Made by a program: the position numbers and the translations under genes. Below the pieces are notes generated by a model. The model was not told where the DNA came from. It searched no databases and saw only the letters and a program-made list of their open reading frames with translations. A stretch of DNA of 64,000 nucleotides from positions 1,521,589 to 1,585,588 of the forward strand of contig OZ241914.1 of assembly GCA_965203875.1 (NCBI GenBank), in the 5' to 3' direction. Origin of the DNA: Bdellovibrionales bacterium. Lineage in GTDB: Bacteria > Bdellovibrionota > Bdellovibrionia > Bdellovibrionales > JAUICD01. Every line of letters starts with the position of its first letter. Position 1 is the stretch's first letter. This document shows positions 48,746 to 58,612 of this stretch, piece by piece.

Positions 48746-51700
48746 CTAGTACCTACCTCAATAATTTGCCCTCTAAACCAATCACCTCTGTGACTACCTA
48801 CAAAATCAAGTTTCATATTTTCTAATTTATAAATTAACCTTCTCATTAATGAAGAGTACTTTGCTCTATTTCTTAAGAGAATATTTCTATTTGTCATGGA
48901 CCTTTCCAATGATGTTAGTTCAAATGATTGCTTAGCTGAAGCACCTTGTTTTAATCCTTTTATCTGCATTTTTACTGTATGGGGATTTGTTTCAAGTGGA
49001 TTAATACCATAGCGTTCTTTTATAGGCCCTAAGGCTTTTATATTGTTAATAAAGCTTCTACGATAGGTATTGTGGAATTTCTCTATAGTTCTAATTGCAT
49101 TAGCTTGCATGGCTGTTGGTGATGGATATATATTTTTCAAGCCAGTTATATTCCAATCAAATGCATTAGGATCGACACGCAATGATTGTAGTGCCTTGAT
49201 TATTTTACGCTCCCTTGATATAAATATAACTTTTGAAGTCCGCTTTATGACTGGTTCAAATATTTTTATACCTGTTAGACTTCTAATAATTGAACGCATA
49301 AATAGTAGAGGAATTATACCAGCTACCACAGCACTCATTTGGGCTTGGGTTTTAGCAAGTTTGTATTCATTTTCATTAAATTCCAACTGTATCAGATCGA
49401 CCATTTCGTTAGAGCTTGTTGTTGCATAGAATAACTCTTCTGTTACCTCATGGTCTGGTCTTATTTTTTTATAAAAATTGCCTATTGAAAATCCTGAGTG
49501 AGCAATGAATATTGGAAACATAGCTAAGAAATGTCCTTGTACAACTCTGCCCGTAGAAGCCCAAGTAGATGCAATCCAAGGTGACAAAAAATTTACGACA
49601 GGTACTCTAGATAAAACTCCTCTTGTCAAATGCAATGCCCATATTAAAAACATACTGTTTGTAGTTCCCATTAAATTATCCGATACTTCTGTGAACATAT
49701 CAGGTGAATTTCCATCATCTATGTATTCATTTAATGACGATAAATGAAAGTCCAGTTGATCCTCAAATTCTGTCCTAAGTACATTTTGAATGTTAGAAGA
49801 GCTAACTATTCTTAGTACATCTTCTACTTCATCTTTTTGTAAGATATTGTTTAAACTTTCTTGCAACTGAGATTCTTGAGCTAACAGTGCATTGCTCACT
49901 AAGTTAGTAACGTCACCTCTGCAAGTATCCAAAGTTCGCCAAACTTTATCCTCTGGATTTTCTGGGTCTTCCTTGCACATTTGGGCAATAATTTCGTAAA
50001 TATTTTTGTTTTTTTCTGGTGAAAACTTTTGACCTAGTAATCTAGATTCATTTAGTACCTCATTTTTATAAAATTGCTGATATCGATTTTGATACCATAA
50101 AGAGGAATCTTGTTTAGAAAAGAAGTTTTTAATATAGTTTAATATTGGAAGTCCACCTGTATCAGGCTTGGGTAAATCCGACAATATAGCTCTAATTGTA
50201 GGTTCGCTAGAATAAAAACCCATATTACGACCAAAACCAATTAGCTCTTCAAATATTTTGATTGAGCGTGCCTTTGTGTTTTGCTCAAACAAATGATCAT
50301 TGTCTGTTAATTTTGCGTTATCCAAAATGTTGTTAATTTTTATGAAGTCAATTTGCTCTTCTTTCTCTGATTTAAAAATATCATCACCACCTGATATTTC
50401 TACAGCAAAGTTTTGAAGAATCTTATAGAAACTTGCTCTGGCTGAGTTGTATGAATCGGCTTCATCTACGATAGATCTCATAAAAAGGTCTGTATATGGA
50501 TCTATTGTCAGATCTTTTTGAAACAAGATAGTGTTATACAGCGGTCGTACCTGTATATCATAATCTAAAAGCCAAGATAAGTTGTATATACTCTTTGATG
50601 AAGATTTTAGTTCTTCTGCAAAGGCTAGTAAACCTTGTTGTTGTAAATTTATCTGTCCGTCACTTGATTGCACAGATTCAACTATTTTTTCGATCCAAGA
50701 TGTTAGAAGTGGTGATCTATAAAATTCATCCTTTAATTGCAGTTTTCTATCTTCTAATATCCGATCCAAAGCTCCAAAAATTGTATTTGTTTCTTCATCT
50801 GTTAGCGATGGTACTTGTAGTTTTGAATAATGTGCGTTGTGTTTTGCACTGGAGAGTATATCAGCTAACGCAAGCTTTAGATAATCATTGTCTATACAAG
50901 AATCTAATGACTCGCAGTTAAGAGCATATGCCCACCCAGTTGCAAGAAGGTATAGAGAATTATCAAAATCTTCTGCAAACTCCGCAATTTGCAAAGTGGT
51001 CTCTGTCACACCATATTCTTCTAATTTAGAAACATTCAAATTGTTGAAGGCGTTTAAGTATGTTTCATCAGCAATTACCAGATTTGTCCATTCATCATTT
51101 ATATTGTTATCTATGAATTCATTCAATGTAAGATTTGTATCTTTTGCACTCTCTCTAACGTTTGCAATATCTCTTTTAAACATTAATTCGATAAGGTTAT
51201 TGTATATGGCACGTCTGAAAATATCTTCCTTTTCTTTTTCGATAGTTTTATTCCATACATCAAGCAACATTTGAGACAGTACCGGATCAGTTTCATCAAG
51301 CAATTCTAAATTAGGAACTTCAGTACCCCTTATACTTCCCAACCTCAATCTTCGTATATCTAGTATACTGTAAAAATATAATTGTATTATAGGCCAGCGT
51401 ATTAATTTAGATAATGATTCATCAGTGTTTTTGGATGTATCCACAACCATTTTATCCTTAATTAAAGAGAATGGATTTATCTTTAAGATAATATTTTTAT
51501 CATTTTTTTCTACTATAAAATCTGAGGATTCATCTCTAATAAAATTAATTACTACATGTCCTGACATTTCTGCAAAAATATCTGTTGGTATTTTCAAATT
51601 ATAGCCATCTAAATTCAGTTCATTTAAATTAAAACCAGCATGTATTTTTGCTGACAGAATATTTAAAGCAACAACATACGTCTCTATAATTGAAAGAAAT

Positions 51701-52011
51701 TTTTGTGTTATGAACTCTTCATGATTTTCACCATATAAAAGTTCAGATTCAGATTTGGATAAAATTGATTCTATTTCAGGTATAATTTCTGTAAATTTAG
51801 TGTCCAGCTCTTTAAATTCCTCGCTTGTAGGAAGAGAGCCATCGACACCAGGAACATTGGGATTAGAAGCCCTTAAAAAAAGATCATTAGCGTGTACATC
51901 TATATTCATCAACTTCTCATGTACAATTTCATAATTAGATAAATATTGATCTGAATTTTCTTGAGCTAGTGTATAACAGCCAAAAAGCATCAGAAACACT
52001 TGTAACCACAT
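48742..52011 (-). CDS. large secreted hypothetical protein, acidic N-terminal region, hydrophobic and basic C-terminal region
   Basis: Probable start MWLQVFLMLFGCYTLA at 52011 behind a GGGGGA SD (ORF track start 52029). Confidence 0.8.
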   Translation of the reverse strand: MWLQVFLMLFGCYTLAQENSDQYLSNYEIVHEKLMNIDVHANDLFLRASNPNVPGVDGSLPTSEEFKELDTKFTEIIPEIESILSKSESELLYGENHEEFITQKFLSIIETYVVALNILSAKIHAGFNLNELNLDGYNLKIPTDIFAEMSGHVVINFIRDESSDFIVEKNDKNIILKINPFSLIKDKMVVDTSKNTDESLSKLIRWPIIQLYFYSILDIRRLRLGSIRGTEVPNLELLDETDPVLSQMLLDVWNKTIEKEKEDIFRRAIYNNLIELMFKRDIANVRESAKDTNLTLNEFIDNNINDEWTNLVIADETYLNAFNNLNVSKLEEYGVTETTLQIAEFAEDFDNSLYLLATGWAYALNCESLDSCIDNDYLKLALADILSSAKHNAHYSKLQVPSLTDEETNTIFGALDRILEDRKLQLKDEFYRSPLLTSWIEKIVESVQSSDGQINLQQQGLLAFAEELKSSSKSIYNLSWLLDYDIQVRPLYNTILFQKDLTIDPYTDLFMRSIVDEADSYNSARASFYKILQNFAVEISGGDDIFKSEKEEQIDFIKINNILDNAKLTDNDHLFEQNTKARSIKIFEELIGFGRNMGFYSSEPTIRAILSDLPKPDTGGLPILNYIKNFFSKQDSSLWYQNRYQQFYKNEVLNESRLLGQKFSPEKNKNIYEIIAQMCKEDPENPEDKVWRTLDTCRGDVTNLVSNALLAQESQLQESLNNILQKDEVEDVLRIVSSSNIQNVLRTEFEDQLDFHLSSLNEYIDDGNSPDMFTEVSDNLMGTTNSMFLIWALHLTRGVLSRVPVVNFLSPWIASTWASTGRVVQGHFLAMFPIFIAHSGFSIGNFYKKIRPDHEVTEELFYATTSSNEMVDLIQLEFNENEYKLAKTQAQMSAVVAGIIPLLFMRSIIRSLTGIKIFEPVIKRTSKVIFISRERKIIKALQSLRVDPNAFDWNITGLKNIYPSPTAMQANAIRTIEKFHNTYRRSFINNIKALGPIKERYGINPLETNPHTVKMQIKGLKQGASAKQSFELTSLERSMTNRNILLRNRAKYSSLMRRLIYKLENMKLDFVGSHRGDWFRGQIIEVGTR

Positions 52012-52247
52012 ATAGAATCCCCCAGGCACTTTTCGGAATATTTATATACAAAGCTTTAGAGCAAGAAAATAATACAGACTATAAAAAGTACCTATTGTAT
52101 TATCTACATTAATGCTAACAAAAAATGTCAAACATATAATGGAAGCGTAGCAATTACATAGAGAAAATAGCCTGATTTATACAAAGGTCACTTTTAGTAG
52201 TTTTATGGATTATAGTAAAGCCATATTGAATAAATTTTAAATTAGAC

Positions 52248-52276
52248 TTGACTAAAACCAATATGTCTTGTAGAGT
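52248..52276 (+). promoter_or_regulatory. sigma70-like promoter
   Basis: TTGACT-17 bp-TAGAGT upstream of the gene at 52363. Confidence 0.5.
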
Positions 52277-52362
52277 CCATGGAACATCTTACGGCATCTA
52301 GAATGCTTGAATAGGAATGGAAACAATAATTAAGTTATAGCCATAGGGCGGGGGATTTAGAC

Positions 52363-53202
52363 ATGCGTTTTATCATATTTTCTGTAATTTTGTTTGCGAC
52401 TTCTCAGTCGTTTGCACAAAATGTGCAACTGTTAAGAGGCTTCAATGCAGCTGCTAAAGCTGTAAGTAGCAGTGCCAGTGTTACTGAGTCTGCTGCTGCA
52501 AGGTTTTTGATAAGCCAAGCTAGTGCTGCTAGAATAACAGGTGTCAGTTCAGCTGCATTAAGATCTGTTGATGGATTGGAAGCAGCTCTAAATAGAATAT
52601 TACAAAGTAACAATACTGACCTGAAGGCTAAGACTACTAACTTCTTAGAGGCGGTACAAGCTGCTACTTCTCAAATCGAAAATGGTAGGCCGGTTACCGA
52701 TGTGCTAAGAACATCTCTAAATACTGATGCTTTGTCTACTACAGCTCAAAAAGCTGCTGCTCAAGTTGAGGCTGCCGAAGCTGCTAGAGCAGATTCTGTA
52801 GCTCAAGAAAAGAGAACCATTATCAATCGAATAGATGATTTTACAAAGGCTGCACTCCAAAGATTTAGAGGTGCATCATCAGACACTATAGCTAAGATCA
52901 ATGAAGCGTCTAGTGAATTGAAAGCAGCTGCGGACAAGGGTGTTAAAATTCTGGGTGTCGGAGCAACAGAATGCATGGGTTCTTGGGATGCTGGTGCCAC
53001 ACCACAACTTAAAAGTTTTGTTAATATACTTTCTCACACCGACGATGCTTCAAACCAAAGAGAGGCTTTTGCTAACCTATCTAGTGGAGTGAAGGCAGAG
53101 CTTGGAGTTGAGAGTAGATCAGAGATTGCGGCTAGACTTAGTACTTTATCTGACCCAGCTAATTGCCAAGCACTTTCTCCTGCTGCCACTGCTGGCGGTT
53201 AA
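52363..53202 (+). CDS. secreted Ala-rich helical hypothetical protein
   Basis: Signal peptide MRFIIFSVILFATSQSFA; two Cys; G-rich SD. Confidence 0.8.
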   Translation: MRFIIFSVILFATSQSFAQNVQLLRGFNAAAKAVSSSASVTESAAARFLISQASAARITGVSSAALRSVDGLEAALNRILQSNNTDLKAKTTNFLEAVQAATSQIENGRPVTDVLRTSLNTDALSTTAQKAAAQVEAAEAARADSVAQEKRTIINRIDDFTKAALQRFRGASSDTIAKINEASSELKAAADKGVKILGVGATECMGSWDAGATPQLKSFVNILSHTDDASNQREAFANLSSGVKAELGVESRSEIAARLSTLSDPANCQALSPAATAGG

Positions 53203-53225
53203 TCACTGTAATTTAAAACGAACTT

Positions 53226-53264
53226 AAAAAGGGCGTAAACACAAGATTGTTTACGCTTTTTTTT
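53226..53264 (+). terminator. Rho-independent terminator
   Basis: gcgtaaaca-caagat-tgtttacgc followed by T8 and preceded by an A-run. Confidence 0.85.
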
Positions 53265-53332
53265 AACCCAGAACCAATACTTTCCACACAATAGCTTTAT
53301 TTGTTCAGGTAAAATTCCGATTGCCTGTTGTC

Positions 53333-56300
53333 ATGTTTAACAAAATTTTAGCCTTTATTTGTGTTGTAGCTTGTTGCATCCAAGCACGTTCCTCAGGAAT
53401 AGTTGCATTGAGCGATCTCTCAGCCAAGAAACCAAAAAACTATCATATAGAACGAACGATCATGGTCTCAAATGAAGATGGGGTTAAAGCAGTAGTAAAT
53501 AACGAAGGTATGAATTTGAAAATAGAATCTGAAGGTAAACAGTTGGAAGTTAAAATTGAAAAAGCTCAAAGAGCAGCCCTTGAACATTCCAGTCCAGAAT
53601 TTATAAGAAGATCTATGAGAAGATCGTTGGCTCAGGTAGGAGTAGCATCTGGAAAGTTAGGAGGATTTGTAGGAAAATATACAGGAAAAACATCTGGATA
53701 TCTGGGTAGTGCACCCCAAAAATTAGCAAGCTATGCAATCCTACACTACCCAATGGAAGCAATGGGGTTTTACATAGCCCTAACAGCAATGTCTGTTTGG
53801 GAATGTCTAGTCAATGTAAACATAGCACCTTCACAAGCACAAATTCCACTGAATTTAACTGTAGCCGAACACCCTACTGCATGCTCAGAGTTAGGAGCAT
53901 CTTTAACAGATCCAATAACTCACATATCATTTGCCCTATTTATACAAACCAACAAACACACATCTAGAGCAATGAACTTAATCAACCAAAAATATAGAGC
54001 TAAGTATAACAGAAACATCATACCAGCACACTCAATAAGATACCTTGGTCTTGCGGCAGGTAGTATTGTATCAACAATAGCTGGTGAATTTCTGATGGAT
54101 CGAAACATCAGATACGTTGCATCCAATTTTTTTAGACAAAAAAATCCAATTGAACAAAGAAGGTTTGATAGAGCCTTAGATAGTGCATACGAAACATGGT
54201 CACCATCAAATATGAGTGTATACGGCCACCACGTTGTATCTCTTCTTGCTTCAGCTGCTACAGCTTCTATAGCAACAAGCATGGGACTAAAAACTTTAAA
54301 GGCTGTTTGGAATACTAAACAAGCTGCAAAAGCAACAAAACTCGGTGGTGTTTTAATGCAAATCCAACCTGTTAATATTAACGCAGGGAAAGTTATCAGG
54401 TATGCAATACCGTCATTTCGATTGGCAGTTAAAGCATCTACTCGATCAACTACTATAGGGTTTGTTGCAGTGGAAGTTGCATCACTTTTACATTTTTTCT
54501 TTTGGGAACATACTGTCTATGGACCATTTTTTAGTAAGCTATTGATGCAAGAAGAAAGTAGTGCTGAAATGAAATATTATCAAACTAACATTGTCAAACA
54601 ATTAGCAACTTTGAGTTCCAAAAGGGATGGCAACCTTTATTTACCAGCCAGAACTCCAATACAAAACTTTATCTATGATTCTTTACATTCAAAAGAAAAT
54701 ATAAAAGTACAAACAAATTACCTTAAATCTGGAAACTTTGCGTGTATTAATCATGATCTTTCAGACACGAACAAATTGTCTGACTTAACATCTAAATTAA
54801 AAGAATTAGAAAACAAAGATATACCATCAAATGGTTATACATACACAAGAGAAGTCTGCCCTTCTTTAGTACAACTACCACTGTTATTAGATGAATCCTT
54901 TACACAAAATTTAAACACATATATTGACCTTAGTTCTGATAATAATATTTTAGATAACTTATTACAGCATCATGAAAAGCTGCTTGAATACTATTCAGCG
55001 ATCAGTTCAAGAGTACAAAGTACACTCGAATCTTGGAGATCATTTTTTGAACCCTACGAAGATATGTTTCTTACTGTCGAAAACTTCTATAGTAAGCTTA
55101 TAGAACACAAAGGGAAAAACTATTTTCCAAACGGTTTTGATTATTGGAAAAGTAAAGGTGTTATAGATTCTATTTTTTATAATATCAGAACGTTTGAAGA
55201 TGCAATTATGCAAAGTAGTAACCGACTGCATTGGGAAAATATGTTGGCAAAAATAGGGTTAGATGGAAAAGCAATAGTAAAACTATCTGATAATCAGCTA
55301 AGACCTATACACAGCATTCTATCCAACATGAAGACTTTATTTGGAAAACCCAATGCAGAAAGAAAAGCTGCTATAGATTTTTTAAACAATGGATTTAACC
55401 CTGTTCAACTTGGAAGATTTGAAAAATATGATTATCAAGTTAGAAATTATGCTATCGAAAAAGGTATTAAGTTTGAAGTATTACAACAACTACAAAGTAA
55501 CGAAATTCAAGAAATAATTGATTTCTTAGATGAAGTTGATGATCACAATGAGTTTGTTTATTTATATGCACTAAACACTGGGCAGAAACTTAGTAGCTTA
55601 CAAAGAAAAAATAAAGATGAACTGGTAGAAGAGCTAGGTGGCAAACAAAGTATCTTGGTTGCATCTATGTCAACAGAAGATAGTGACACAAACTTAGAAA
55701 TTGAACCTATGGTAGGAGAATCAATTCATTTTGAAAGCAAAGCTGGTGGGCTAGTTTCGCAAGAAGGTATATACTATAACAATATCCTAGAGAAAATATT
55801 AATTAAACTTACTTGCGGAAAATCCTTAAATGAATTGTCAAACCTTTTGGAAGAAAACAAAAATTCAATGATTAGAAGAGCATATGTTCTAGGGCCTCTA
55901 CAATTTGTATCACCTAGATTACTAGAAGTGAGAAATAGAAATATATGCTCCTACACCAAGCCAGGATATAGACACAACCACGTGCATAATGAGTTTATAG
56001 ACAACAATAAAAAATATGCCAACCTGTTAGATTATGCTCTTCAAAATATAAATGTTACTACAAAAGAATTTGTAGATAGCTGGTGGCCTAGAGTTTATGA
56101 AAGAAACGAAGCTGATTACTTAAGATATTTTGAAAAGAAAAAAGAAGCTTTGAAAGCTCATGTTGTAGAAGCTTTTTATGATGATACTTACGATAGATTT
56201 AGTAGCGGTATGCTAGGTTCAATGATGAATATAGGAAAAAATATGAACACAGATATAAATATAAAAAGATTGAGTTTTGCTAATGGAATAAAAAATCTAT

Positions 56301-56731
56301 CAGACGATTTTGTGGATTACTATTTAAGAGTACTGGCACTAATTATACCAAGAGACAATAAAGAATTCCTTGAAAATATGTACGTATATATTGATTCGAT
56401 TAGCAGGCTAGCTATTCATTCAGAAAATTATGAAGAAATAAGATCAGAATTCCAAGAATATGAACGAAGTAAAATAAGAGATAAAATTAATAATGACGGA
56501 TGGTCAAATTCATACATTGAAGAAATGAACCACACTGATCTACATAATCTTGTGGTTATAGAAATGCTACATGATATGAGTTTTTATTTCAAAAATGAAT
56601 TATCTTTAGGTGATATTGAAGATGGAAATTACAGGGAATTAATTCAAATAGCAGACGCTATTATACAAAACATAGGACAAATTATACAACAGAAAAGTAT
56701 ATCATCTCAAATGATAAATTGGATCAATTAA
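53333..56731 (+). CDS. large secreted hypothetical protein with multiple hydrophobic helices in the N-terminal half
   Basis: Probable start MFNKILAFICVVACCIQA (ORF track start 53321); about 1130 aa. Confidence 0.8.
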   Translation: MFNKILAFICVVACCIQARSSGIVALSDLSAKKPKNYHIERTIMVSNEDGVKAVVNNEGMNLKIESEGKQLEVKIEKAQRAALEHSSPEFIRRSMRRSLAQVGVASGKLGGFVGKYTGKTSGYLGSAPQKLASYAILHYPMEAMGFYIALTAMSVWECLVNVNIAPSQAQIPLNLTVAEHPTACSELGASLTDPITHISFALFIQTNKHTSRAMNLINQKYRAKYNRNIIPAHSIRYLGLAAGSIVSTIAGEFLMDRNIRYVASNFFRQKNPIEQRRFDRALDSAYETWSPSNMSVYGHHVVSLLASAATASIATSMGLKTLKAVWNTKQAAKATKLGGVLMQIQPVNINAGKVIRYAIPSFRLAVKASTRSTTIGFVAVEVASLLHFFFWEHTVYGPFFSKLLMQEESSAEMKYYQTNIVKQLATLSSKRDGNLYLPARTPIQNFIYDSLHSKENIKVQTNYLKSGNFACINHDLSDTNKLSDLTSKLKELENKDIPSNGYTYTREVCPSLVQLPLLLDESFTQNLNTYIDLSSDNNILDNLLQHHEKLLEYYSAISSRVQSTLESWRSFFEPYEDMFLTVENFYSKLIEHKGKNYFPNGFDYWKSKGVIDSIFYNIRTFEDAIMQSSNRLHWENMLAKIGLDGKAIVKLSDNQLRPIHSILSNMKTLFGKPNAERKAAIDFLNNGFNPVQLGRFEKYDYQVRNYAIEKGIKFEVLQQLQSNEIQEIIDFLDEVDDHNEFVYLYALNTGQKLSSLQRKNKDELVEELGGKQSILVASMSTEDSDTNLEIEPMVGESIHFESKAGGLVSQEGIYYNNILEKILIKLTCGKSLNELSNLLEENKNSMIRRAYVLGPLQFVSPRLLEVRNRNICSYTKPGYRHNHVHNEFIDNNKKYANLLDYALQNINVTTKEFVDSWWPRVYERNEADYLRYFEKKKEALKAHVVEAFYDDTYDRFSSGMLGSMMNIGKNMNTDINIKRLSFANGIKNLSDDFVDYYLRVLALIIPRDNKEFLENMYVYIDSISRLAIHSENYEEIRSEFQEYERSKIRDKINNDGWSNSYIEEMNHTDLHNLVVIEMLHDMSFYFKNELSLGDIEDGNYRELIQIADAIIQNIGQIIQQKSISSQMINWIN

Positions 56732-56743
56732 TTGGAGGTACAC

Positions 56744-57448
56744 ATGTATAATATATCAAGAATCTATTTATTAATATTGGTATTTATTTTGTTTTCTAGC
56801 AGTATTGTTCATGCTCAACGTCGTAGCGGAAGAGCCGGAAGATATAGACCAGCTACCTCCGCTCCAATGATTAAGTCTTTAAAACAATTAAATAGACAAC
56901 AAAATTACTTAAATAGATACAAGTCAAAACAAACTCAGATTAGACAATCAAAATATTCTGTATATGAATCTTTAATCAATAATACTAGAACCAGAACAAC
57001 TAATAGAGCTAGAAGAATTGTTAATGAATTTAAGAGTAAATTTGGATTTAGAAAAATGGACCCTAAGCTTCAAGCTGCTTTAGTAAAAACGCTCTCTGTA
57101 AATAGAGAAGCATTTGATACAATGCAAGCATTAAAAGATAACTCTTCTGCTATTTCAACAAGAAATCGGCAAATGACACTAGGAGAACATGCTTTGAGAA
57201 AAAAAATTATAGAAGCTATCGCTTTAAGTGGACAATACAGAGTAAGTACTTTTTTGAAAGAGGCAGCAGGTACATTTGGTACAGTTGACGCAAAGATTGT
57301 AGGATTGCAATCCAGGGTTCTTGCTGAAGCAATAAATAGAATGCAAGTTGTATCACCACAAACAAGGCACTTTTATAACGTATTAAATGAAGCCGCAATA
57401 AGAAATGGCATTGGGAAAAAAGTTGGCAATAGAAGACAATGTACATAA
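56744..57448 (+). CDS. secreted, highly basic hypothetical protein
   Basis: GGAGG SD before ATG 56744; signal peptide ending VHA; Arg/Lys rich. Confidence 0.75.
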   Translation: MYNISRIYLLILVFILFSSSIVHAQRRSGRAGRYRPATSAPMIKSLKQLNRQQNYLNRYKSKQTQIRQSKYSVYESLINNTRTRTTNRARRIVNEFKSKFGFRKMDPKLQAALVKTLSVNREAFDTMQALKDNSSAISTRNRQMTLGEHALRKKIIEAIALSGQYRVSTFLKEAAGTFGTVDAKIVGLQSRVLAEAINRMQVVSPQTRHFYNVLNEAAIRNGIGKKVGNRRQCT

Positions 57449-57453
57449 AACCA

Positions 57454-57687
57454 ACCTACGGCCGGTCAGTGTCGCTATATATGCTTATTAAAAACGAAGG
57501 GTCTTAAGAAAATTTGTTCATAGTCTACCTTGAACGTTGGTTAACATTTTTAAAAGTACACATAGCTTCACTTTGGCCTCCGGCCTTGCCGTTACGCTAT
57601 GTATACTTATTAAAAATTGAAGACCTTAAGAAAATCTGTTTGTAGTCCACCTTGAGAGCTGGTAAACATTTTTAATAAATGCACATC
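57454..57687 (+). repeat. structured intergenic repeat cluster (right half, full copy, left half)
   Basis: Heads tagtctaccttgaacgttgg and tagtccaccttgagagctgg about 122 bp apart; inner ggcc-tcc-ggcc. Confidence 0.85.
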
Positions 57688-57705
57688 GAAGCTCAAACTT
57701 CCAAT

Positions 57706-57785
57706 GAAGATAGGTGTGTGGTTTGTAGGGGCTTTCAAGCTGCTCGAAAGAGCAGCATACCCCGGAAAACCACACACCCATCTTC
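57706..57785. other. 80-nt long hairpin with GAAA tetraloop
   Basis: gaagataggtgtgtggttt / aaaccacacacccatcttc, gggg/cccc, gctgctc-gaaa-gagcagc. Confidence 0.7.
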
Positions 57786-57814
57786 TTTAGATTAAAACAA
57801 CTTGATGAAGAACT

Positions 57815-58597
57815 TTAGCTATCCTTCAGCTTCCTTAAGACAGTGAATTTCTCTACCGCAGATAACTTAGGATCCACACCATGAAAACAATCGATGTCAC
57901 ACCTTAAAAAAGGATTGATAAGTTTTTCTATTTTCATAGTAGTAGGCACTGTAGGTAGATTTTTCTTTCGAAGTAAATCCACATGCTTTTTATATTCCAT
58001 CAAAGCATCTTTGGATGCTGTAACAGTCATAGCAAATTCGATATTCTTTTGCGTATACTCATGAGCAAAGTAAATTTTGGTCTCATCAGGCAGATCTCTT
58101 AATCTCTTTAAACTTTCCCACATTTGACTATAAGTACAGTCCGGTGCCACACGACCACACCCTACCGAAAAAATACAGTCAGCCGTAAACAATACACTAT
58201 GTTCTGGAATATAATAATTAACCATACCAACAGAATGACCAGGTACATGTAATACATGTATATCTAAGTTAGAAAGTTTTAGCTTATCCCCATCTGACAC
58301 CACCTTGTCTATAGTGGGTATTTTACTTTTTTCGTATTTAGGGCCTATTATCTCAGGGTTGACCTGCATCTTAAGCTCTTTGTTTCCACCAACATGATCA
58401 TAATGATAGTGCGTGTTCAACACATACTTTATCGTATCCCCTTTATGTTCAACAAATTTTAGTATCCTGTCTGTAACATCTGAAGCAGGATCTATAACTA
58501 TCGAACATCCACCAGGCACACCAGCTCCTGACGGAGCTGGATTAGTTATTAAAAAAGAATAGTTGTCTTCTAGGCAATCAAAAACCTGAATATTCAT
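57815..58597 (-). CDS. gloB: hydroxyacylglutathione hydrolase
   Basis: DNY, THYHYDHVGG, PGH, GCGR, HEYT, NPFLR. Confidence 0.93.
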   Translation of the reverse strand: MNIQVFDCLEDNYSFLITNPAPSGAGVPGGCSIVIDPASDVTDRILKFVEHKGDTIKYVLNTHYHYDHVGGNKELKMQVNPEIIGPKYEKSKIPTIDKVVSDGDKLKLSNLDIHVLHVPGHSVGMVNYYIPEHSVLFTADCIFSVGCGRVAPDCTYSQMWESLKRLRDLPDETKIYFAHEYTQKNIEFAMTVTASKDALMEYKKHVDLLRKKNLPTVPTTMKIEKLINPFLRCDIDCFHGVDPKLSAVEKFTVLRKLKDS

Positions 58598-58612
58598 TCA
58601 AAGATAACAAAC

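Noticed and set aside
57706-57785. SRP RNA or c-di-GMP-I riboswitch
   Set aside because: Lacks the CAGG-N3-GRAA-N3-AGCAG internal loop of SRP and the GGCAAA/GACGCAAA pattern of GEMM-I.
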